A stretch of DNA of 32,000 bases, taken from the NCBI RefSeq assembly GCF_019464535.1, contig NZ_CP080507.1, forward strand, positions 3,660,001 through 3,692,000. The letters run 5' to 3'. A program made the translations under genes and the position numbers. Under the pieces are notes generated by a model. That model did no database searches. It was not told the DNA's origin and saw only the letters and a program-made list of their open reading frames with translations. Origin of the DNA: Horticoccus luteus (lineage in GTDB: Bacteria; Verrucomicrobiota; Verrucomicrobiia; Opitutales; Opitutaceae). Below, in pieces: positions 6,771-13,298 of this stretch. The stretch's first letter is position 1. Every line of letters starts with the position of its first letter.

Positions 6771-8810
6771 ATGCCTGCACGAACCCTTCACCGCCTTCCG
6801 TTGATCGCCGCCCTCGCGGTGATCGTGTTGGCCGGCCTCGTGGCCTATCGTGGCAGCTTCGCGGCGCCCTTCGTCTTCGACGATCTCTCGGCCGTGCGCG
6901 ACAATCGCTCGATTCGGCAGCTCTGGCCACTAAGCGAACCACTCGCCCTCGCTCCGCGCACCGGCGGCTCGGGCGCTGACGGACGGCCGCTCGTCAACCT
7001 CTCCCTCGCGCTTAACTATGCGTGGAGTGGTCTCGATGTCCGCGGCTATCGCGTCACCAACCTCATCGCCCACATCCTGGCGGCTCTCGCCCTCTTCGCG
7101 CTCGTGCGGCGCACACTCACGCTGCCGAAAGTCGGCCTTCCTCCAGCCGACGTCACACTCGCCGCCGCCGCCTCGGCCTTGCTGTGGGTTGTTCATCCGC
7201 TGCAATCAGAGAGCGTCCTCATCGTCCAAAACCGCAGCGAAATCCTCACCGCACTCTGCTATTTTTTAACGCTGCTATTCGTCGCCCGCGCCGCCCTCGC
7301 GCCCCGCGGCACGCGATGGTCAACCCTCGCGATCGTCACGTGTCTCGCCGGGATGGCCTGCAAAGAAACCATGGTTTCCGCGCCCCTCGCCGCGCTGCTC
7401 TACGATCGCACGTTTCTCGCCGGTTCGTTCCGCGCCGCGTGGCGTCAACGCGGGCGGCTGTATCTTGCCCTCGCCGCCACGTGGGGACTTCTCGCCGTCC
7501 TGGTGTTGCAGCAGGACGGCCGTTCCGGCACCGCCGGATTTGGACTCGGCGTCACCGCTTGGAATTACCTGTGCACCCAGTGCGCGGCGATCGTCATCTA
7601 TCTCAAGCTCGTCGTCTGGCCTTCGCCCTTGGTCTTGGATTACGGCCTTCCCATTGTTCGCGATTGGACCGCCGTCTGGCCGCAGGCGGCGTTGCTGGTC
7701 CTCCTCGGCGCGGCCGCCATCTGGGCGTTGCGGCGCTGTCCGCGCGCCGGCTTTCTCGGCTTCGTCTTCTTCGCCACCCTCGCGCCCAGCTCGAGCGTCA
7801 TCCCCATCGTCACCCAAACGATGGCCGAACACCGGATGTATCTGCCGCTCGCGCCGCTGCTCGTGCTGCTCGTTCTCGGTCTGCGCCGGTTGTCTCGGTT
7901 TTGGTGGGCGCCCGTAGCCGCCGCCGTCCTCGGACTGACTGTGCTCACGGCGCAACGCATCCCTGCTTACCGCTCCGAACTCGCCCTCTGGACCGACACC
8001 GTGGCCCACGCGCCGGAAAACGCCCGCGCTCACAACAATCTGGGCAACATGCTGGCCGCCTCGCCTGCGGACTTGCCTGCAGCGATCGCGGAATTTCGCC
8101 GCGCGCTGCAGTTGCAACCCGACCACCTCGAAGCCCTCAACAATCTGGGCAACGCCTTGGTTCTCTCCGGCCCGGCCGGCGTCCCCGAAGCCATCGCCTG
8201 CTACGAACACGCCCTGCGGCTCGACCCCAACTACGCCTCCGCCCACAGCAACCTTGGCGAGGCGCTCGCCAAAGTCCCCGGGCGTCTCGACGAAGCCATC
8301 GCGCACCTCGAGCGCGCCGTCGCGCTGAAGCCGCAATTCCCCGAAGCGCAGTTCAACCTCGCGCTCGCTCTCGCGCAACGCCCGGGTTCCGCCCTCGCCG
8401 CAATCGCCCAATTCGATCTCGCGATCATCCAACAGCCCGAGCTCGCGGAGGCGCACTATTACCGCGCCAACCTGTTGCTCGCCCAACCGGGCCGCGTCAC
8501 CGACGCCATCGCCGGCTATGAAGCGGCGCTGCGGCTAAACCCCCGCTACCCTGAGGCGCATCACAACCTCGGCACCGCGCTGGCCCGCACGCCCGGCCGG
8601 CTCGACGATGCCATCGCTCACCTCCGCACCGCGATCGAACTGAAGCCAGATTACTTCAGCGCCTTCCTTAACCTCGGCTTGATCTATGCCGAGCTCCCCG
8701 GCCACGAAACGCTAGCACGCACTCACCTCGAACGCGCCCTCGCTCTTCGCCCCGACTCCACCCGCACCCGCGCGGCGCTCGGTCGCCTGAATGCGCACCG
8801 CCGCCCCTGA
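6771..8810 (+). CDS. TMTC-like GT-C family membrane glycosyltransferase (PMT_2/DUF1736-like multi-pass N-terminal half) fused to about 7 C-terminal TPR units
   Basis: The N-terminal half has about 9-11 hydrophobic spans. It carries the loop-1 acidic motif FVFDDLSAVRDN after TM1, then RPLVNLSLALNY, GYRVTNLIAHIL, HPLQSESV, CKETM, LVLDYG and AEHRMYLPL. This order matches what I remember for TMTC/DUF1736 proteins. The C-terminal half is a TPR array. TGA 8808-8810. The start is ambiguous: the ORF opens at ATG 6672, but ATG 6771 (MPARTLHRLPLIAALAVIVLAG) sits directly before TM1. Confidence 0.8.
   Translation: MPARTLHRLPLIAALAVIVLAGLVAYRGSFAAPFVFDDLSAVRDNRSIRQLWPLSEPLALAPRTGGSGADGRPLVNLSLALNYAWSGLDVRGYRVTNLIAHILAALALFALVRRTLTLPKVGLPPADVTLAAAASALLWVVHPLQSESVLIVQNRSEILTALCYFLTLLFVARAALAPRGTRWSTLAIVTCLAGMACKETMVSAPLAALLYDRTFLAGSFRAAWRQRGRLYLALAATWGLLAVLVLQQDGRSGTAGFGLGVTAWNYLCTQCAAIVIYLKLVVWPSPLVLDYGLPIVRDWTAVWPQAALLVLLGAAAIWALRRCPRAGFLGFVFFATLAPSSSVIPIVTQTMAEHRMYLPLAPLLVLLVLGLRRLSRFWWAPVAAAVLGLTVLTAQRIPAYRSELALWTDTVAHAPENARAHNNLGNMLAASPADLPAAIAEFRRALQLQPDHLEALNNLGNALVLSGPAGVPEAIACYEHALRLDPNYASAHSNLGEALAKVPGRLDEAIAHLERAVALKPQFPEAQFNLALALAQRPGSALAAIAQFDLAIIQQPELAEAHYYRANLLLAQPGRVTDAIAGYEAALRLNPRYPEAHHNLGTALARTPGRLDDAIAHLRTAIELKPDYFSAFLNLGLIYAELPGHETLARTHLERALALRPDSTRTRAALGRLNAHRRP
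8022..8790 (+). repeat. TPR array, about 7 units of about 38 aa
   Basis: Recurrent unit: (A/E)(H/Q).NLG.AL...PGRL(D/T)(E/D)AI..(L/Y)(E/R).A(L/V).L.P.... Confidence 0.8.
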
Positions 8811-8844
8811 ACGCTCATGCCTTCCCGGCTTCTGCCCCGCAATT

Positions 8845-9156
8845 ATGGAGTGGCGGTGGGGGGCCGGCCTGACCGAGGCAATCGAGCAGCAGAAAATCGC
8901 CGCGCGATTGCGCCCCGACTCTCTCCCTGACCACTACAATCTGGCCCTCGCACTTCTTCAGTCACCCGGCCGCGAACGCGAGGCCGAACGGGAATTGCAG
9001 GAAACAGTGCGACTCGCTCCGAATTTCGTCTCCGCCCGCGAAAACTCGCCGAATTGCAGGCACCGCCCGATCGACCAAAGGCGCCCGGTTTCATCTCCTC
9101 GGCACTGTCGGCCCTCCATCGACGAGCCGCCAAGCACCTTCGCTCACGTCCTCTAA
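8845..9156 (+). pseudogene. Decayed TPR-gene fragment (about 1.5 TPR units) in a different frame from the upstream gene
   Basis: LTEAIEQQKIAARLRPDSLPDHYNLALALLQSPGREREAERELQETVRLAPNFVSARE matches the unit of the upstream TPR array. After ...SARE the frame reads as non-protein-like sequence (NSPNCRHRPIDQRR). An adjacent frame reads KLAELQAPPDR across the run gaaaac (about 9040-9050), which suggests an indel. Confidence 0.3.
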
Positions 9157-9248
9157 GATGCGTGGTCATTACGCTTGGCCGCGCTAGACCGCGACTTTCT
9201 CATGTCATGCACTACCAATAAAATTTTGCGCGCTCCAACATTTACCCC

Positions 9249-10394
9249 ATGAAAATCAATCGTCTCACCCTCCTATCCGGACTAACCGCCTGCCTCGCTT
9301 CGCTAGCCAACGCTCAAACCGATTATTACGCTAACGGCGCTGCCGGCACGAGCGACAACCTAAATAGTTCCCAAAACAACAAGTGGACGCTGGGCGGCAC
9401 GCCCGCATACGTCGCAGCCAACACAACCCCCGGCAACGTCTATCACACCAACGGCTGGACGCTGCGCGCCGGCCGCATTGGCACAACAGTTGATCCCCAA
9501 GGCTCCTTTACTTTTAACGGCTCGTCGCTGGTCATTGATGACTACGCTGCAGGCTCTAGCCTGAACAGCAACACGACCCACGGTGCGGTCATTTTCGAAC
9601 TGGCCTCGGTGCTCGCCGGACCGCGCCTCAGCCCCGCCACCTACACGCGTGGCAGCTACACCGTCAATCTCACCACCGCGCCGCTGTCCGCCACGATGAC
9701 TGCCGGCGCTGCCTCGGCGGCTAATTCTCTGCGCATCATTCAGGCCAGTAACGGTGTCACGACAATCAACGGCTCTCTCACCCTAAACGGCGACACTCAG
9801 TTCAAAATCGGAAGTAGCATCACGGACATGTTAGTGAAAATCGACGCGCCCATCACAGGTTCCGGGCGCATTGAAATGAGCGGTGGCTCGGCAGGTGGCC
9901 AGATGGAAAATGGTTTCGACACGTGGGCAGTAAGCGACATGAGCGGGTGGACAGGTGGGCTGATCAACGTCGTCAACAAGCACACGATCTCGTTCACGAA
10001 CGACACGGATTTCTTCACGACTAACCCGAACGCGGTGATCAATTTCGGCACCACTTCTAGCGGTTTTCTCAATCTCCAAGCCGACGTTTCCTTTGGAAGC
10101 GGCAAGGTTTTCATCAATGGCACCTCTTTAGCCGACGGTTCCTACACTGTCGACATGCTAAACACCCCTTTCACAAGCGGAGTAAATGGGCTTTACGGCC
10201 AGACATTAACGAACGGCCACATTTCGCTTTTCGCCAGTGAAGGCGCGAACTTCGGGACGGTGGGCACAACCTACAAACTCTACGTGGGCTCGTCGATCGC
10301 CTCCGCGATTCCCGAGCCTTCCACCTACGCGGCGGTTGTCGGTCTCTTCGTCCTCGCCGGCGCGGCCTATCGCCGTCGCCAACGTCAACGCTGA
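9249..10394 (+). CDS. PEP-CTERM-anchored secreted protein (381 aa), a single-module paralog of the N-terminal modules of the giant protein
   Basis: ATG 9249, TGA 10392-10394. Signal peptide MKINRLTLLSGLTACLASLANAQ. The body (9318-10289) is collinear with modules 1-618 and 1174-2154. The C-terminus IPEPSTYAAVVGLFVLAGAAYRRRQRQR (10311-10391) is a canonical PEP motif, followed by a TM helix and an Arg cluster. Confidence 0.9.
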   Translation: MKINRLTLLSGLTACLASLANAQTDYYANGAAGTSDNLNSSQNNKWTLGGTPAYVAANTTPGNVYHTNGWTLRAGRIGTTVDPQGSFTFNGSSLVIDDYAAGSSLNSNTTHGAVIFELASVLAGPRLSPATYTRGSYTVNLTTAPLSATMTAGAASAANSLRIIQASNGVTTINGSLTLNGDTQFKIGSSITDMLVKIDAPITGSGRIEMSGGSAGGQMENGFDTWAVSDMSGWTGGLINVVNKHTISFTNDTDFFTTNPNAVINFGTTSSGFLNLQADVSFGSGKVFINGTSLADGSYTVDMLNTPFTSGVNGLYGQTLTNGHISLFASEGANFGTVGTTYKLYVGSSIASAIPEPSTYAAVVGLFVLAGAAYRRRQRQR

Positions 10395-10420
10395 CACTCG
10401 GCGCCATCTTCGCTTCATCG

Positions 10421-10453
10421 GCCCAAACCTTCATTGGTTTGGGCTTTTTTTTT
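10421..10453 (+). terminator. Rho-independent terminator of the PEP-CTERM gene
   Basis: gcccaaacc (10421-10429), loop ttcatt, ggtttgggc (10436-10444), then T9 (10445-10453). It lies 27 nt after the stop codon. Confidence 0.85.
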
Positions 10454-10634
10454 CGCCGGTGTTTTTCATCCGACCGCAGTCTTCAGGACACCTCCTCCGC
10501 CACTGAATCAGTTCCCCGCAGCACCGCCGCCCCAACGCCTCGTTGCATCTCCCTGCGCCTCTCCTAACCTGCCCACTCGCTCGCCCTGCCACGGCCTTTG
10601 GCCCTCGCGCCAACTTTGTTCACCTCGCCCCGCT

Positions 10635-12746
10635 ATGTTCTCCGCGTCTCCTCCCCTCTGCTTCCTCCTCGGCTTCGCCTTGACGCTCACTTCCGCCGCG
10701 TCCGCGCAACTCCCCACGTCAGCCCCCATGCGTCCCTTGGTCGATCTCCACACCGGCTATTTTCCGTTTCACGCGGAGAACACCACGTCACCCGCCGCTT
10801 GGTCCGCCCGCCGCGCCGCGATTCGCGAACGCGTGCTCCTCGCCGCGGGGCTTTTCCCGCTCCCTACCAAAACGCCCCTCCACGCCGTCGTGCATGGCCG
10901 CATCGAACGCGACGACTACACCATCGATCGCGTCTTCTTTGAGTCGTTTCCCGGCCATTACGTCACGGGCAACCTGTATCTTCCCAAGTCTCTCCCCGCC
11001 GGCGCGACGATGCCCGGCATCCTCAGCCCGCATGGCCATTGGCCCGACGGCCGCTTCATGGATTTCGGCGCCAATTCCTCCGCCGTCAAAGAGCAACTCG
11101 CCACCGGCGCGGAGCGTTTCGAGAGCGGCGCGCGAGCCTTCCTCCAGGCCCGCTGCGTGCAACTCGCGCGCATGGGCTGCGCCGTGTTCATCTACGACAT
11201 GCTCGGCTACGCCGACAGCCTCCAGGTCGCCGCGCATCGCGACCACCGCCGCGACGAGTTGTGCGGCGACGAACCCGGCACCTTCGGCCTGCTCAGTCCG
11301 ATGGCGGACCTGCGTCTCGAATCCAACTTCGGCTGGCAAACGTGGAACAGCATTCGCGCGCTCGACTTCCTCCTCACCGTGCCGGGCGTCGATCCCTCCC
11401 GCCTCTCCTGCACCGGCGAGAGCGGTGGTGGCACGCAAACCCTCATGCTCGCCGCCATCGACGACCGCCTCGCCACCGCGTTTCCCGCCGTCATGGTGAG
11501 CACGGCCATGCAGGGCGGCTGCCTCTGTGAAAACGCCGCCTATCTCCGCCTTGACCAAGGCAACGTCGATCTCGCCGCTGCCTTCGCGCCCAAGCCGATG
11601 GGCCTCACCGCCGCCAACGACTGGACGAAGGAACTCGCGACCAAAGGCTTTCCCGATCTGCAGCGCCTCTGGACGCAGCTCGGCCATCCCGAAAATCTCA
11701 CGGCCACTTTCAACACGCACTGGCCGCACAACTACAACCAGGTTTCCCGCGCCACGATGTATGGATTCATGAGCGAGCATTTCCACCTCGGCTATTCGCT
11801 CCCGGTCCTCGAACGCGACTTCGTCGTCAGCTCGCCCGCCGAACTCACCGTCTGGAACGCCGACCACCCAAAACCCTCCGGCCAACACGTCGGCGGCGCG
11901 CACGAGGAAGCCGTGTTGAAATACTGGAGCGAAGACGCCGATCGCCAGCTCGCCGGCCGCGACGACCTCGTGCGCCGCGCGTGGGAAATCATGATCGATA
12001 ATCCCGCGCCCGACGCCACCGACGCGCGTTTCCTCTCCCTCTCGTCTCCGCAACCTGTTGCCGCCGGCGAGACCCGTGGCGAAATCAAGTCCGCCCAAAC
12101 CGGCGCCACCATCCCGTGCGCGATCTTTGCGCCCACCAACGCCACGCCCAACGGCACCATCGTCCTCTGGCTCACCGACACCAATCCTGCCGCCGACGCC
12201 GCCAGCGCCACATCCGCGATCGCCCAACTTCGCGCTGCCGGCAGCGTCGTCGTGCAACCCACGCTCTATCTGCAAGGCGCCGCGCACCAACCGCTCCTCC
12301 CGCCGGCAGACGGCGATCCCGAGCGCCGCGGCTGGGAGTCGGCCGCCTGCTACACATTCGGCTACAATCCCACTCTGCTCGCCCAGCGGGTGCACGACGT
12401 CGCCACGGTCGTCGCCTGGCTCAAGGCAGAACCCAAATTTTCCGCCGCCCAACTTATCGTCGTCGGCTCCTCCGGCGCGGGTCCGACCGCCGCCACCGCC
12501 GTGGCGCTTCTCCCCGACCAAATCGCTCGTGCCGTGTTCGCGCTCGAGGGCTTCCGCTTCGCCCACGTGCGCGACATGGTTGACCCGATGTTCGTCCCCG
12601 GTGCCGTCAAATACGGCGACGTGCCCGCGCTCCTCCGCTTGGGCGCCGCCGCCCGGCCGATCGTTTTTGACGACGCCGCACACCCGACCGATGACGCCAC
12701 TCTCGCCCGCGCCGTCCTCACCGCCATCGCGGCTCCTCGCCACTGA
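10635..12746 (+). CDS. Secreted alpha/beta hydrolase (acetyl-xylan-esterase / dienelactone-hydrolase-like), with a possible second degenerate hydrolase-like C-terminal half
   Basis: ATG 10635 gives the signal peptide MFSASPPLCFLLGFALTLTSAASAQ. A nucleophile elbow CTGESGGGTQTLMLAA is present, along with HGHWPDGRF and the typical YTIDRVFFESFPGHYVTGNLYLP esterase N-terminal region. The ORF-track start at 10434 would span the terminator at 10421-10453, so I rejected it. TGA 12744-12746. Confidence 0.8.
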   Translation: MFSASPPLCFLLGFALTLTSAASAQLPTSAPMRPLVDLHTGYFPFHAENTTSPAAWSARRAAIRERVLLAAGLFPLPTKTPLHAVVHGRIERDDYTIDRVFFESFPGHYVTGNLYLPKSLPAGATMPGILSPHGHWPDGRFMDFGANSSAVKEQLATGAERFESGARAFLQARCVQLARMGCAVFIYDMLGYADSLQVAAHRDHRRDELCGDEPGTFGLLSPMADLRLESNFGWQTWNSIRALDFLLTVPGVDPSRLSCTGESGGGTQTLMLAAIDDRLATAFPAVMVSTAMQGGCLCENAAYLRLDQGNVDLAAAFAPKPMGLTAANDWTKELATKGFPDLQRLWTQLGHPENLTATFNTHWPHNYNQVSRATMYGFMSEHFHLGYSLPVLERDFVVSSPAELTVWNADHPKPSGQHVGGAHEEAVLKYWSEDADRQLAGRDDLVRRAWEIMIDNPAPDATDARFLSLSSPQPVAAGETRGEIKSAQTGATIPCAIFAPTNATPNGTIVLWLTDTNPAADAASATSAIAQLRAAGSVVVQPTLYLQGAAHQPLLPPADGDPERRGWESAACYTFGYNPTLLAQRVHDVATVVAWLKAEPKFSAAQLIVVGSSGAGPTAATAVALLPDQIARAVFALEGFRFAHVRDMVDPMFVPGAVKYGDVPALLRLGAAARPIVFDDAAHPTDDATLARAVLTAIAAPRH

Positions 12747-12877
12747 CGAGCACCCGCCCGGTGGGCCGTGCGTTCCGCCGCGCGGCAGCTTTGCCCCTCC
12801 ACTCGCGCGGCCCACGCCCAGCTCCGCGCGCGGCTGATTCTCCGTCCGATCGAGCCTCGCGCTGAAGCGCGCACGCG

Positions 12878-13080
12878 TGGTGGGCGCCCGACGTGCTTCT
12901 GGTCGAGGCGGCTGAAGTCGTGCGGATGGCGGTAGCCGAACGGGTAGGCCACTCCTGGCATTCTCCCCATGCGAGATATCGTCGTGGGTTGACATGGCCT
13001 GCTGGCGCCCGCTGGTGCGCGCGGTCCGTGGGCGGAAGAATCCACTTGCGGGAATAGATGCGTGGCACGGGTTGATTCAC
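12878..13080 (-). pseudogene. Internal-deletion remnant of an AraC-family regulator, paralogous to the gene at 23361-24281
   Basis: In minus-strand frame A (13050-12961), RKWILPPTDRAHQRAPAGHVNPRRYLAWGE aligns with RKLTLPPRDRAHWHAPAAHPGPLLYLAWGQ of the intact paralog. In frame B (12958-12878), PGVAYPFGYRHPHDFSRLDQKHVGRPP aligns with its extreme C-terminus VAFRLGYSHPHDFSRAYQKQTGRPP. The two pieces are out of frame and abut at about 12953-12965. Roughly 200 or more codons, including the first HTH, are therefore missing. Confidence 0.7.
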
Positions 13081-13298
13081 TCGCGAAAACCCGGTTCAGC
13101 ACTGAAAGTGTGGCCCAACGGAGCGCTGATAATCCATCGATGGCCGCAATAGTTTGGTCTCAGGGCGCAGCAAAATGCGTCAGGGACGTGAATCCGCTGC
13201 TCGTTGGCGATTGAGATGGCGCGGAGTGGGGCTGATTTTTCGAGCGTGGCCAAAGGAGTATCGAGGCCGGCCGCGTTGTTCCCCTCGCCATCGATAAT

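Noticed and set aside
7022-8521. 499-aa alternative-frame ORF and 388-aa antisense ORF (7320-8486) inside the TMTC-like gene
   Set aside because: Both are extremely Arg/Pro/Ser-rich or Gly/Arg/Glu-rich, which is the off-frame translation expected of GC-rich coding DNA. The annotated frame gives coherent TM helices and TPR units.
10434-10634. N-terminal extension of the hydrolase ORF (track start at 10434)
   Set aside because: The extension would begin inside the T-run of the strong terminator at 10421-10453 and is Pro-rich with no features. ATG 10635 gives a canonical signal peptide.
10788-12995. 735-aa ORF on the minus strand opposite the alpha/beta hydrolase gene
   Set aside because: It has typical high-GC antisense shadow composition (Gly/Arg/Ala/Glu/Val-rich) and no recognisable motif. 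The plus-strand frame has a signal peptide and a GESGG nucleophile elbow. Only its upstream end (12878-13080) contains real homology, the AraC ghost, and that is split across two frames.
13150-13200. GTTTGG-N(3-5)-CAGGGC motif shared by the promoter region at 13153-13170 and the divergent region at 23112-23131, considered as a common AraC box
   Set aside because: Only two 6-mers match, with different spacing, and their orientation relative to the regulated operons is opposite. That is too weak to distinguish from chance without genome-wide statistics.
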